Shown one piece after another: positions 14,938-32,838 of a DNA stretch of 64,000 nucleotides (the stretch's first letter is position 1; the number at the start of each line of letters is the position of its first letter). This DNA is from Eledone cirrhosa (Eukaryota). Location: the NCBI GenBank assembly GCA_964016885.1, contig OZ024740.1, positions 385,764,001-385,828,000 on the forward strand, in the 5' to 3' direction. A program made the translations under genes and the position numbers. The notes under the pieces were generated by a model. It was not told the DNA's origin. It did not search any database and was given only the letters and a program-made list of their open reading frames with translations.

Positions 14938-15117
14938 AATAATTGTTTCTACTTTTGGCACAAGGCCAGCAATTAATCCAGTGTATTACTGGTACTTTAT
15001 TTTATCGACCTCGTAAGGATGAAAGGCAAAGTTAACCTCGGCAGGATTTGAACTCAGAATGGCAAGGGCCGTAACTCTTTGCTGCAAAGCATGGCGCCCG
15101 GCCCTCTACCAATACTG
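14938..15117 (-). mobile_element. tRNA-derived SINE (Meta-domain-like)
   Basis: Reverse strand has B box gagttcaaatcc, the gcctttcatcc..ggtcgataaaataaagtaccag domain and an (ATT)n tail. Confidence 0.8.
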
Positions 15118-17879
15118 TTGGAATATATCCCAAAGATGCCTTATGTAGGAAAAGCTTATATTTAAGTTCTGGCTACCAGATTTGATGGGGTTAGCCCAAA
15201 TTAATTCCCTATCTAAAAATTATAATCTTAATAATAGGGAAAAAAATTCATCAATGCCACTGTTTTCACAAGTGACAAGGTAGAGAATTCACAGAATTTC
15301 AAACAACCAAAAAATTAAATTATGTTCTTTCCAGCCGGCTGGAACAGGTAAAAGTGTATGACACCCTTGGGATGTATTCCAACGTCATTATTTAAAATTT
15401 CCTAATTTTCTTTACACTAAAGTTATCAAGTCTTCAAGTTGTTATGTGATCTAGTAGCTTCCCTTAAAATGTCTAATAAGACTGAAATATGTCTAAAGTT
15501 GCCACCACAGCTACTAAAGATCAGACTCACTCTTTTTCCCTTTGTATATTTCCATTTGATTTTTGTTTTATAGAAAAATATTTTCATTAACTCTGATGAA
15601 TTTTTTTTCCTCACAATTGATTAAGGATAATTTTCAGCTCACCATATCAAGTATGGCAGCTGGCACTTAATTATATATTTTTTATCATGCAGAAGACAAT
15701 CTTGAGATATGTTCTGATGTTACAATAAACAAATGGTTTGATAATGTGAAAAATAAATAGATAATAGGGAGTGCTTGCTGCCTCTATGAGAGATCTACAG
15801 ATAAGAATTTAGCTAAAGATCTCTACTATGAATTGTATGAAATATTTCGAGTTGCAGCTCAATGTGCTTCTTATTAGGATGTCTTTGAAACATTGACTGT
15901 CTGAAATGTCGTGGCCAAAATTAAGCATTCATCTAAGAAATATGAAAACGATATTCATATTAATGAATTCCCCTTGCAGTTTTTCACTACATATTCAGAG
16001 ATTAGACTGGCATAGAATAAATTACATGGAATACAGAAAACTGAAGAATGGTCAGTCTTACTGTAGATCTATGATAACACTCTATAATAAAAGGAAAACA
16101 TTAGTTTTTCATTTGATTATTTATTATCTCGTCTGCCTGTTTCGCCCAAAGTTGGTATTTGTAGAACAGAAAAACAAATAAAGAAGCCTATTGTTTTATT
16201 ACACAGATTATTTTCATAATCATAATTCAATTACATAATTGCAATTAAGATATCATCCAAGATTATGCAGATTAAGAAACTGGCACGACCTGGACTTGAC
16301 AACCTTTACAATTGTTAAAGGTATGTAGGTAGCTACTATAGCCAAAATGCTTAATAAACTAGTGCCAACCAGTGTGTTGGCAATCCCAAGTCTGAGAATG
16401 TTATCTTCATTTTTACTTTAGAACAATTGGAGGAATGAACGTACTTGATCACCCACCATTTAGCCAACATTAATATTATTTGCAATTGTAAATAAAAGTA
16501 AGATTTATTAAGTAGATTATAATTATGGTTGTCTGGTTTTTCTTGTCTTGGCATTTTAGAGCTCTGAAGAATGTTTTAACATTCAGAAACATACTAGAGA
16601 GTTAACTTGAAAGAAAGACAATATGTTGCTAATGTAATAAAATAAGTAAGTACAACAAATATATTGAATGCACTAGTATGGATATAATATTATATGGATG
16701 GCTGGTGGTTTTTAACTAAAACAATATTGATACAGCCTTAAACCAAAAGGCAAAGCTAATTGCATTTGCCATATGTTGATGGTAGAACATGTTCTCAGAG
16801 ACCTGCATTAGATTGTTCCCTTTGCAATCCCATGACTCCTTAATTCCTCCCCAGGTTCAATTATCATCTAGTATTTTTTCATCTAAGCACCATGTGCAAG
16901 CTTTGCACATCTCAATAATTGTATAGTCCCAAACAGGATTAAGTGTAAAGTATCAGTTTTTTGGTAAACTGTTAATTTGTGATTACCCTTATAGTTGGCT
17001 ATATTAGTATTTCATTTGATATATACACAATGTACACTATTCCTCCCTTAGGAGCCAAGTGCCTCCAATTTGAGATTCACTGTGGCAGTAGATATATGAA
17101 ATAGATACAAAGAAACTAAACTAAGAGCATTGAAGCTCACAGATGAAATGAAGCTCGGATCATAGCACATGAAGAAATACTATATTGTTGGCCCATCTAA
17201 TCAATATTATTATGGAAAATAGACCGTAAACAATGATGCTGATACAATTAAATTTAATTTTTCAGGCTGTTAACCTCATCTTTAGAGATGGGAATTTGTA
17301 TTTACATTTGCTTCTATATTGTAGATATAAATAATAAAACATTTTTCATCTGTGAAGATGACATCTGAAAAATCATAATTACATTTACAATAAATTCATC
17401 TTAGAGATTTAGACATAAAATGATGATAATAATTAAATAACATTTGTCCAGGCTTGTTATAAATTACTTGTTATATTGAATAAGTTGATTGATATTTCCT
17501 GAAACAGATGGGTGAAAGCTGTCATTTTGTGGTTCAAGTTATGGGAGAACTGTAATTTGGAGAATTTACAATTCATTATTTACATCATTTATTATTTTCT
17601 ATTCTAATTGTATGTATAACAATGTCTTTAACTAAATTTGATCCATGCCCCAATATAACACTGTTGCATAAACATAGTCTGAAAACTTATTGGTTTCTAA
17701 TTTTGGCACTTATCCTTATCCTTAGCCCTTAGGCAAGAGAGCAAGCACAGCTTCACGCCAACAGTCTCTGTTTCCCATCAAGGTTTGTAGGTTTTCCTTG
17801 TCAATTCAAGTGTCTCTTGCCATGGTATCCTGGTAACTGAGCTTTCTGGTAGAGGAGATCTCCCACAATTTCTTTCCAG

Positions 17880-19270
17880 CCTTCACATGTCTTCTGTGTT
17901 CACTGTCCATGTCTCACTACCATGCAACATCACACATCACACTCGGTCATTATACAGCTGCCATTTCATTCATAGAGAGAAACCTTTTGTAGTAAACTGG
18001 GGTAGCAATTCCCCAAACTTCTTCCATCCTGTCCTTATTCTAGCTGCTATGCTCTCAGAGCATCCTCCTCCACTGCTAATTATATCACTTAGGTAGCAGA
18101 AGCTATCAACCACTTCTATGGATCCTTCCTGAGATTAGAAAAGGTTTATATCATTGGCACTTTTAATGAACATCTACTACAGACAAAGTTTTCCTTTCCT
18201 GTTAGTCTGCCTGTTATCCCACTACACCTCTTTGCATTATGTACATCAAATAGAGTTTATACCTACTCCTTTTCTACATACCAAACAATGCCACATCCCT
18301 GATGAGATTAGTGCGCTATCTTCTTTCCTACTTATTAACATTTTGGATTTTGCTAAGTTTGCTCTCACCCCTTTTGATTCTAAGTTCTGTTTCTGCAACC
18401 AGAATTTATTCTCTAGTTCTTCCACAGATTCAGCTATGAGGACCAGATAATACAGAGGTTCCCATGGACAACTAGTCTTAAACTCCACTGTTATAGCCTG
18501 GAGGACAAGGATACATAGACATGAGCTAAGAACTAAATCCTGGTGTACTCCTATCTGTACCTTGAATTCCCCACAAAACTCACTTCCTATACTCACTTTA
18601 CTTACATGGCTTTGTACATGGCTTGCACTGCTCTTAGAAACTACTCTTCCATACCTAGTTTCCTTAAGGATCACCAGATAACCGATTAAGGTACTCTGTC
18701 AAAGGCTTTCTCTAGATCAACAAAAGCTAGGTATAGAGGGTTACTCTTAGCTAAGAACTTCCCTTGTATTTGTCTTACTAAAAAGAGGGCATCTGTGATG
18801 CTTCTCCCTGGCATGAAACTGGATTGCATCTCATCTAATTTGACTCTTTTCCTAACTAGCTGTGGTAGAACTCTTTCTGTCACTTTCTTTACCTGGTACA
18901 TTAGTTTTATTCCCTTATAGTTGCTCCTTTCTAGAGCATCACTTTTTCCCTTGTAGCAATTAATGATTATGTTGCTGCACCAGTCTTTGGGTATGACCCC
19001 ATCCTGTATTATCTGATTGACTATGCAGATGACTGGTTCAACTCCTTCCCAGATGTTTTCAGCATTTCAGCGAGTATCTCAAGTGGTCTTGTGGCTTTAC
19101 CATTTTTCATCTCCTTGATTGTTTCTTTAACTCCATAACTATCAATTTCGATAGCTAGCCTCTCTGTTGGTTCAGTTGACAATAGTCTCCCTTCTTCCCA
19201 TTCATGAACCTTCTAAATAGTATTTCCGTGCCACTTTCTTACAAGCATCGGTGATGCTAAGTACACCAGT
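17880..19270 (-). mobile_element. Old degraded RTE LINE (PHD-bearing group), RT region
   Basis: Fragments [25 protein letters not shown] and WHCLVCRKGVGINSI with many disruptions. Confidence 0.88.
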
Positions 19271-19554
19271 GTTTTGATCTGAGTAAAACACTACTACTAT
19301 TTCTACTACTATTACGGCAGTGGATTGACAGAATTGTTCGAGCATGAAACAAAATTCTTAGTGGTATTTGTTCTGACTTTTTACATTTCTGTGCTCAATT
19401 CCCAGGTTCACTTCACCTTTTATGGTTTAAAAATCAATAAAATAAAGTTCCAGTGAAGTGTTGATGTAGGTTTAATCTGCACTAAGTTCAAATCCCACCA
19501 AGGTCAACATTGTCTTTCATCCTTCTGAGGGTGATAAAATAAAGTATGATTTAA

Positions 19555-19773
19555 CCCTTTAGCATTTAAACTGGCCATATCCGGCCAGAATTCTCTCGCC
19601 TCTTTCTGTTTAAACTGGCTGTAATCGGCCACTCATACCGATGTTAAGTTATTGTTCTCAAAATAAATAATATCAAAATCTCATAGATTCGATATTATGT
19701 GAGATAATTATGTGGGGTAAAGCCTTTACTGCAAAAATACAACAGTATATATAGTAATGTAAATGCTAAAGGG
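19555..19773 (+). mobile_element. piggyBac-type MITE (copy 1), nested in a SINE
   Basis: TTAA|CCCTTTAGCATTTA ... TAAATGCTAAAGGG|TTAA: 14-bp TIR with TTAA target duplication. Confidence 0.9.
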
Positions 19774-19950
19774 TTAAGTAATGGATTTGATTTAATTGAC
19801 TTCCCTTACACCATGTTGCTAGCCTTGTGCTTAATTTATTATCAATTTATTATCAATAATTATTATCAATTATTTAATACATGCACTTAAGTGTAATTAA
19901 CCATCATTTCTTTTACAAAGAACTAAGTTTCCAGTTAGATTAACTTTTTT

Positions 19951-20145
19951 AATAATTGTTTCTACTTTTGTCACAAGGCCAGCAATTACCCCAGTGCATT
20001 ACTGGTGCTTTATTTTATCCACCCCATATGGATGAAAGATAAAGCTAACCTCAGCAGGATTTGAACTCCGAATGTAAAGGGCCGTAACTCTATGCTCAAA
20101 GCATGTTGTTCGATGCTCTACCGGTACTGCCAATCCACCACCCTT
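19951..20145 (-). mobile_element. tRNA-derived SINE (Meta-domain-like)
   Basis: Same family as 14938-15117. Confidence 0.8.
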
Positions 20146-20658
20146 TTTCAATAATAATAATAAAACAGGAAATTTACTGATGTTTTTGTTAGGATAGTTA
20201 ATACCAATAAGCAAGAGAAACAAAAAGAAAGCCTCTCACTAAAACCATTGTACATAAGGAACTATTAAATTATGTAAATTATGTTAATGATAATTAATGG
20301 CTTAATGATGCAAATGATATAATAATGAAATAACAAATATTTGTCAGAGTAATTATTGTGTCCTATTTTTCAACAACCATGAAATTTCCGCGGAACCAGC
20401 TTCTTAATTTTTGATGCCCTGTACTACATAAAGCTTCATGAACAAGACATTCTTGAAAAGTGCAAAACAGCCCTATGACTACATCACATTAAAAATTAAA
20501 GTCTTTATTCTAATGTTGCAAATTTTCACAATGATCCGTCTACTTGTAAAGATATTATACACATTTGAATTTACAAATTCGTTTTCAGATATTTTCTACT
20601 AAATGATAACAGGATGTGAAGAGTTAATATTATTTTATCAATTTGTTGTGTATTTCAG

Positions 20659-20778
20659 GTTCACCTCCAGAAATGCTAGGATTGAAACTAACCAATCAAA
20701 CTGTCTGGGAAGGATCAGATGTGCGACTTACAGTTAATGTTATAGGAGCACCAGAACCAAATTATATTTGGTCCCGTG
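20659..20778 (+). CDS. Host-gene exon A: N-terminal half of an immunoglobulin I-set domain
   Basis: Acceptor tatttcag|GT and donor G|gtaaat; 120 nt, phase 1-1. Translates SPPEMLGLKLTNQTVWEGSDVRLTVNVIGAPEPNYIWSR (A'-B-C strands, G-x-P-x-P-x-x-x-W motif). Confidence 0.85.
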
Positions 20779-21186
20779 GTAAATTCTCTCTTCAAATTTG
20801 TCATTGTTCTGAATAATTAATTCTTACCTTATTTTCATTGACATTATTTAGTACCAAAAACCCTTTGTTCAATGGACGAACCACCCAAAACTGCACCTCA
20901 TTTCATGATACAAAGCTAAATATTTCAGAGTACTTCTTGGCTTTGCCGGGGACAAGGCAACTATTTTCATTATAAAAGTACAGAGGATTCTCTTTAGTCT
21001 TGTCAAGGACTTGACAAACCCCATAGTGCAGGTGCTACAACATAATGTATCCAGTACACTTTATAAATTGGCTGATGTTAAAATCATATCCAACTTTAGA
21101 AATTTTTCCAAAGTTGGAACAGACTAGCAAGATATGATCCTCTGACCCATCTAGGAGGGTAGGTAGTAACTCTATGAGAAATAAAG

Positions 21187-21541
21187 TACCAGTGTATTAC
21201 TGGTACTTTATTTTATCGACCCCCGTATTGATGAAAGGCAAAGTTAACCTCGGCGGGATATGAACTCAGACCATAAAGGGCTGTAACTCTTTGCTGCAAA
21301 GCATGGCGTCCAACCCTCTACCGATACTGCCAATCCACCGTAAAAATAATAATTGTTTCTACTTTTGGCACAAGGCCAGCAATTACCCAGTGTATTACTG
21401 GGACTTTATTTTATCGACCCCATAAGGATGAAAGGCAAAGTTAACCTCGGCAGGATTTGAACTCAGAATGGCAAGGGCCATAACTCTATGCATCAAAGCA
21501 TAGCATCCGACCCTCTACCGATACTGCCAATCCACCGCCCT
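21187..21541 (-). mobile_element. Two tandem tRNA-derived SINEs (Meta-domain-like)
   Basis: Copies at ~21187-21340 and 21348-21541, similar to each other and to 14938-15117. Confidence 0.85.
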
Positions 21542-22400
21542 CATAATAATATATATATATAGAGAGAGAGAGAGATAAAAAACACACTTGTATGCACACA
21601 CACATGTACATGAATACCTTGTTAAATACATCTTAAATATAATAAAGAAAGGAGTGCAGGACTACATCCAGAATATATTGTTTTACCCCGTTTGTAAAAT
21701 AAGTTGGATTACTTTGAATAAATAATGAATGAATATTACATAATTTATCTACTAAATTTTGTGGCTGTTGATTAAATATATTTTATAGCTTATTCAAAGA
21801 TTCACTTCTTTAAAATTGTCAAATGTCAATACTTCCGGTTAGTGGCCGTTATATTATAACACTTATAATCGCATATATTTCCATCACTAATTTTCTCCTA
21901 ATGCAGTTTATATATAATATCGTCTTTTTTTAAATGTATCATGGATTACGTTACTGATTACAGAAGACTGTGTTACACAGTCTTCGTTCAATTTCTGTGT
22001 ATATTGTCAATTACCATTTTATTTACATGCATATATATTTGTGTATGATATTAATATACACACTACACATGCTAGCAGAAAACCACCCGAGGGGTTGTTT
22101 TTCTGCTAGTTGTATTAAAGCATTTTAACCAATTTTATATTAAGTTGCATTTACATTCCAATGTCTGCTAAGGCGGAAGAATAATGTAGCCAGTTTTTAA
22201 GCTAAGTGTTTTATGTTATATGTGAGAAGTGATATAGTTGTTTAGACATAGGGGTTAGGTCAAAATATTGTGATGGGGATGTGGGAGTAGGTTCAGATAA
22301 TTTGGATATGTGGTAATATTTGGCTATGAAATAATTGGGGTTCTGTGTCTGTATCAAGGGGTATATGTGTGTCTGTGTGTATGTGTGTGTGTGTGTATAT

Positions 22401-24706
22401 TAGAAAGTGAGGTTTTTTTTACAAAATGAAAAATAACCGAGGTGTCCTACACAAGTGAAAGTATAAAGAAAAAAAGATGAAATCGAAAATGCAACTGGAG
22501 TCTTATTTAAAAAAATATATATATATTTATTTGGTTCCTTTACCGGTTTCGCAGTTCTTCTGCTTTTCAAAAGTAGAGTTGAGATGGAGGGTCTGTGGTT
22601 TTTCTCACATCTGGTTGGTCTTTGAATATTACTTGTTTTATATGGAAAAAAGTGGCTCGAAACGCCAGGTTTTTAGAGAAGTAATTTGATTGGTTGGTCA
22701 ATAAGTATAATAAATTTCGCGCCAGTTCGCGTTACAAAGTTCTTCAAACAAGGGTGGGGCTCAGGTTGTTTTTTCATATATGAGTGTTTGAATTTCTTTT
22801 TACTTAAAAAAGGGGGCTCACGGAGGCTTTTTTTAATGTCATTTGATTGGTTATAAATGAAATTATGGCTGTCACGTGAACAAGTTCATTAAATTTCGCA
22901 CCCGTATTTGGGAATTTATGACAAACAAAAGATAATGGTCAAGAGAGATGAGATGGGAGATTTGTTCTGGTTCAGTGAATATAGCAGGTTGTTTTTTCAT
23001 ATATGAGTGAAGTTTTGTTGGTTGATGTAGTCACGTGAATAAGTATATCAGCTTTCGCGTAAGTTTGTTTGAATTTCTTTTTACATTAAAAAAAGTGGCT
23101 CACGAAGGCTTTTTTTTATAAATATAATTTGATTGGTTATAAATGAAATTATAACTGTCACGTGAACAAGTTCATTAAATTTTGCGCCCGTATTTGGGAA
23201 TTTATTTTGTATCCTTTTAGAGAATTTTATGACAAGCAAAAGATAATGGTCAAGGGAAATGGGATGGGAGAATTGTTCTGGTTCAGTGAATATGGTTAGT
23301 TCGCTGGGGTGTCAGAATTCAGATTTTCTATTGAAATAAAGAAAGTAAAGATATGTATGTTTATTTGTGTGCTTGTGTGTGTGTGTGTATAGGAAGATGA
23401 TTCTATTAGTAGAAATGGGGAGGGAGTTGTGTGTGTGTATCTGTATATGGGTGTTATGTGTGTGTGTGGGAGTATGTTAAGATGGAGAGAATATATATAT
23501 TTTGTGTGTGTGTATGTGTGTAGGAAAGTGATTCTATTAGTAGAAATGGGGGAGGGGGTTGTGTGTGGGGGGGTTATGTGTGGGAGTATGGTTAGCATGT
23601 TAAGATGAAGAGAATATATATTGTGTGTGTGTGTAGGAAAATGAATCCGTTAGTAGGAATATTTTTGAATGAACATATTTTCCTTACTTATTCGTATTTG
23701 TTCTGTTGTATTGTCAACGCAAACGTATGTTAAGGTTTATTTATTTTCTAAAGTAGAAGGTGTTATGTGTGTGTGTATGTGTCTGTTTGGATGGTTAGCA
23801 TGTTATGGTGTTGACATAATGTATATTAAACCATATTTAATGCTGGTCTATATTTTTGAATAAACATATTTTCTTTATTTATTCGTATTTGTTCTGTTGT
23901 ATTGTCAGCACAAAGGTAAAATGGGAAGACTTGGAATTTGAGTGTCTTATTACTTGCGCATATATCTAGATGTGCGCTTAGTCATATCTGTCTCGTGGTT
24001 GGATCTCGTAATTGTTGGCGATGAACTGTCATTCTGTTACTGAGTGTGAGTTTAGTTTGTCCTATATAATCTTCATTGCATCATTTACATTTAATGGCAT
24101 AAAGTAGATTTTTGATGAGCAAGTGAAGTGATTTTTTACAGCAAAATTTTGTCCTGATTTAAATGTATACGTGTTGCCTTCAATGAGGTGAGTGCAGGTT
24201 CCACAATTAGAGCGACCACATTTTTTGACAGTTGGTTGTGGGTTTGTGGTAGGTAATTTGGCATTGGTGAGTAATGTTTTCAGTGATTTCGGTTGTCTTT
24301 TGTTTTTGATTATTTTGTGTGTTTCAAGGGCTTTTTTCATTCTTGGGTCTTGTTTCAGTAGTGGGATGTTCTTGTGAATAGTGCTGTAAGCTTCCACATT
24401 TCTTGGGTTGTGTGTTGAGATATATGATAGAATATTGGACGTACTTTGAATTTGTTTCTGTTTTCGTAATTCATCAATGCCTATTGCTTTATCCCTTTCT
24501 ATTCCATTATTTATTAGTAATGGTGTGTACTGTCTTTCGACTAGAATTTCCTTTAATTCTTGAAGTCTTTTATTTCCCGTTTCATAATTGGAGACAATTG
24601 TGCAAATTCTTCTTGCTAGGTTAAAAGGAATGTTCGTCTTTGTGTGCTTTGGATGGTTGGAGGTGAATTGCAGGTATTGTTTGGAATCTGTTGGTTTGTA
24701 GTGTAT
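22401..24706 (-). mobile_element. Penelope-like element (Neptune-like), 5'-truncated
   Basis: Coding remnant 23826-24706: IHYKPTDSKQYLQFTSNHPKHTK, CGRSNCGTC linker, GIY-YIG (LLYAIKC..DYIGQT..R) with a frameshift and stops; long 3'UTR with internal duplications; terminal pLTR at 22401-22612. Confidence 0.85.
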
Positions 24707-26968
24707 AAAGACCATAAAACGGGCAGTGACCCTGTCGCGGGACCACCAACACGGCCAGTCTGTGGAGCTAACATTGCTAGTAACTACAGACTGTCCTACT
24801 TCCTCTCCCTGATCATACGCCCCATCATTGAAATGTCCCCAGATGTATGTGACAGCACGGAGGACCTCCTCAGCAGAATCGGCGTGAGTAACCGATCTAG
24901 GGACCTAACAAACTGCATAATAGGTAGTATGGATGTTGTGTCCCTGTATCCATCCATTGACGTGGATTTTGCTGTGGAGAAATGCGTAGAAATGATCAGT
25001 GAGAGCAATGTTGAGTTCCGTGGGATTGATACCAGTGAGCTGGGACTCCTACTTAAACTTACCTATAGTAATAATTACCTAGACACATATGACCTTAGCA
25101 ACCTGTGCCCTACAAGACCAGCAAGAGGCAGACCACCTACCATTACCTCAATGGCCAAGAAAACCCACACAGATAGATGGAACGGGTGGACCAGAGCCAT
25201 ACGGACACCCGAAAACCACGATGAACTGAAGAAAATGATTGCACATGCGGTAGGGGCCAGCATAAAACTAACCCTTAAGGAACATATGTTCAAATTTAAT
25301 GGAAAAACATATGCCCAAGAGGAAGGAGCAGCCATTGGTGTTAGCATTGCAGGTGACATAGCTAACTTATTCATGGTATGGTGGGACAGTAGACTTAAAC
25401 TTATAGAACAATTAGAAGACCCCTTAACCCTGATAATGTACTCCCGCTACGTTGATGATATAAACATCGTAGTTAAGACACCCCCACTAGAGAACAGTCA
25501 GGAACTAGAGAAAAACACAATGGAAAGCATCCAGCAAATAGCAAACTCCATCCACCAGAGCATTAGAGTTACTATAGACTACCCAAGTAAACACCCCAAC
25601 CATCGATTACCTGTACTAGACACAGAGCTCTGGTTAGATACCATTAACAACAAAAAACAAATCCTCCATTCCCATTATGCCAAACCCATGACTTCCAAAC
25701 ATCTGATCCACCGAAACTTGGCCGTTTCGGACCATACCAAAATCAACATACTGATTGCGAATTTGGTACGGGTGATGAGAAACGTGTCCCGCATGTGCAA
25801 CCCCAAAGAACTAGAGAGACACATACAACACTTCATCCACCGTATGCAGTTCTCTGGCTACAATCAGAGAGATAAAATAAGAGTGTATAGAGGAGCCAGA
25901 ACCAAATGGGAAAAAATGGTAAATAATGACATAAATGGGACCTGCCCCTTGTATAGGAGCAAATTTTGGAATAGAATAGACAGAACTAGGAACAAGGCTA
26001 ATAGAATAAACTCATGGTATGATAGCAATAAATACCAGAGTGTAATGTTCATCGATACAACCCCTAGAGGTGAATTAGCTTACAAATTTAGAAGGGCCCT
26101 AAATAAACAAACTCAATATTAAGATAGTAGAAAGACCAGGTACCTCCGTAAAAACACTTATTAGCAAGACATACCCTTTTCAAAGACCCTCATGTATAGA
26201 TAAGAAATGTATAGCCTGTAAAATAAGCCACCATATTAACTGTAAAACTAGAAATGTAGTGTATAGCATAAGATGTACTGAAGGACAATGTAGAGACAAA
26301 AATATAGTGTACATAGGTGAGACAGCTCGTAGTGTAGGGGAACGGATAAATGAACACTGGCGAGACCTTCAAGATAGTAAAGAATCATCTGTACTCAACC
26401 AACATGCTAAATTAGAACACAAGGGTAAATTAGAGAACATAGAAATAAAAATAGAATCTACACACAGAAAAGACGCAATGTTTAGACAAATTACAGAGGC
26501 AATAAACATAAAAGAATTACAACCAAAATTAAATAGAAAATATGAGTAGAACACCAACATCACAACTTACAATTAAGGACAAAATGAAAACACACACACA
26601 CACATAGAACAAACAACCAACCAGTAACATGTAAATAAACAAATAAATAAATGAACATAAACACACACAGACACCCGGATGTGGCGCATGCACAGACTGA
26701 GCACACAACACACACACAGAAACAAAATGGCGTAGGACAGAACAAAGGAGAGGCACAGAAACAAAGAAAGGAATCCCCAGTCACTGAAGAGGTCACAGAG
26801 TGTGTGACGAAAGAACTATGACAATATATAAACAACTATCTGGTTGTGGAACCAACCAGAAATTTATAAATTTATAAATTTATTATAAATTTATTATAAT
26901 AAATTGAAGTGAAAGCAACTGGTGCGTGTGTTTCTTATTGGCAACATGACCCTCCCAAAGTATAACAA
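24707..26968 (+). mobile_element. Penelope-like element (Naiad-like), 5'-truncated
   Basis: RT motifs KDHK, RPVC, GSMDVVSLYPSI, QEEGAAIG, RYVDD, TIDYPSKHP..LPVLD; one frameshift near 26110 joins C-x4-C-x2-C-x7-C and GIY-YIG (VVYSIRC..VYIGETAR), ending 26549; hammerhead in 3'UTR. Confidence 0.88.
26780..26822 (+). ncRNA. Minimal type I hammerhead ribozyme in PLE 3'UTR
   Basis: gtca CTGAAGA g gtcac-agagtgt-gtgac GAAA gaac TA tgac; stems I and II pair perfectly; on the sense strand of the PLE. Confidence 0.75.
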
Positions 26969-29893
<2,925 letters not shown>

Positions 29894-29895
29894 AC

Positions 29896-31171
<1,276 letters not shown>

Positions 31172-31595
31172 AGGAGGTGAGTTTTATTGTAGTACAATAA
31201 AGCAATGCAGATATCGGATAAGAAGCACTCTACAGTTTGTAGGACTGGAGTATACATAATATATAAGAACAAAAGATGGTTAAAAGAGTTCCATGTATTT
31301 TATTATGCGCATTTCAAAAACAAATATCATCATGCAATAATATTTGTGTTTTCATCAGATAAAACAGGAAGACATGATATGAAGGTTAAAAAACACTTGT
31401 GGATAGCGCAGTTTTACATATGTTGATTTAAAACTTGCACTATCCACAAGTGTTTTTTAACCTTCATATCATGTCTTCCTGTTTTATCTGATGAAAACAC
31501 AAATATTATTGCATGATGATATTTGTTTTTGAAATGCGCATAATAAAATACATGAAACTCTTTTAACCATCTTTTGTTCTTATATATTATGTATA
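31172..31595 (+). mobile_element. Short Penelope-like insertion: inverted pLTR plus truncated 3' end
   Basis: ~165-bp near-perfect inverted arms (31251-31416 / 31429-31595); the same sequences form both ends of the PLE at 53705-55201. Confidence 0.8.
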
Positions 31596-31771
31596 TATAT
31601 ATATGTATATATGTATATATATGTATATATGTATATATATATGTATATATGTATATATATATGTATATATGTATATATATGTATATATGTATATATATGT
31701 ATGTATATATATATGTATGTATATATATATGTATATATATATATATGTATATATATATGTATATATATATG

Positions 31772-31834
<63 letters not shown>

Positions 31835-31995
31835 GTATATATATATATGTATATATATATATGTATATATATATATGTATATATATATGTATATATATAT
31901 ATGTATATATATATATATGTGTGTGTATATATATATATATATGTATGTATATGTATATATGTATATATATATATGTATGTATATATATATGTATG

Positions 31996-32026
<31 letters not shown>

Positions 32027-32111
32027 GTATGTATATATATATATGTATGTATGTATATATATATATATATATGTATGTATATATATATATGTATGTATAT
32101 ATATATATATG

Positions 32112-32160
<49 letters not shown>

Positions 32161-32487
32161 GTATATATATATATGTATGTATATATATATATGTATATAT
32201 ATGTATATATGTATATATATATATATATATATGTATGTATATATATATATATGTATGTATATATATATATATGTATGTATATATATATATGTATGTATAT
32301 ATATATATATGTATGTATATATATATATATGTATGTATATATATATATATGTATGTATATATATATATATGTATGTATATATATATATATGTATGTATAT
32401 ATATATATATGTATGTATATATGTATGTATATATATATATATGTATGTATATATATATATATGTATGTATATATATATATATGTATG

Positions 32488-32518
<31 letters not shown>

Positions 32519-32760
32519 GTATGTATATATATATATATATGTATGTATATATATATATATATGTATGTATATATATATATATATGTATGTATATATATAT
32601 ATATATGTATGTATATATATATATATATGTATGTATATATATATATATATATGTATGTATATATATATATATATGTATGTATATATATATATATGTATGT
32701 ATATATGTATGTATATATATATGTATATGTATATATATATGTATATGTATATATGTATAT

Positions 32761-32791
<31 letters not shown>

Positions 32792-32794
32792 TAT

Positions 32795-32825
<31 letters not shown>

Positions 32826-32838
32826 TATATATATATGT
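31596..32838. repeat. ~1.25 kb degenerate (TA)n/(TATG) array
   Basis: Directly visible. Confidence 0.95.

Noticed and set aside
16558-16603. Hammerhead-like motifs here and at ~50835-50878
   Set aside because: Stem II is present, but the core, stem III or cleavage triplet is broken; at best decayed remnants.
17508-17555. Possible extra Ig-like micro-exon (MGESCHFVVQVMGEL)
   Set aside because: Weak acceptor and donor, and its phase is incompatible with the phase-1 exon A; probably chance.
23975-24090. In-frame TGA codons in the PLE GIY-YIG region as possible selenocysteine
   Set aside because: They do not replace the conserved cysteines (CK*C, RQI*LS), the copy is also frameshifted, and I saw no SECIS; the Naiad-like ORF has ordinary Cys codons.
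24644-24706. N-terminus of the 492-aa ORF (MLWMVGGELQVLFGICWFVVY)
   Set aside because: It is the antisense strand of the adjacent Neptune-like element, not a real start.
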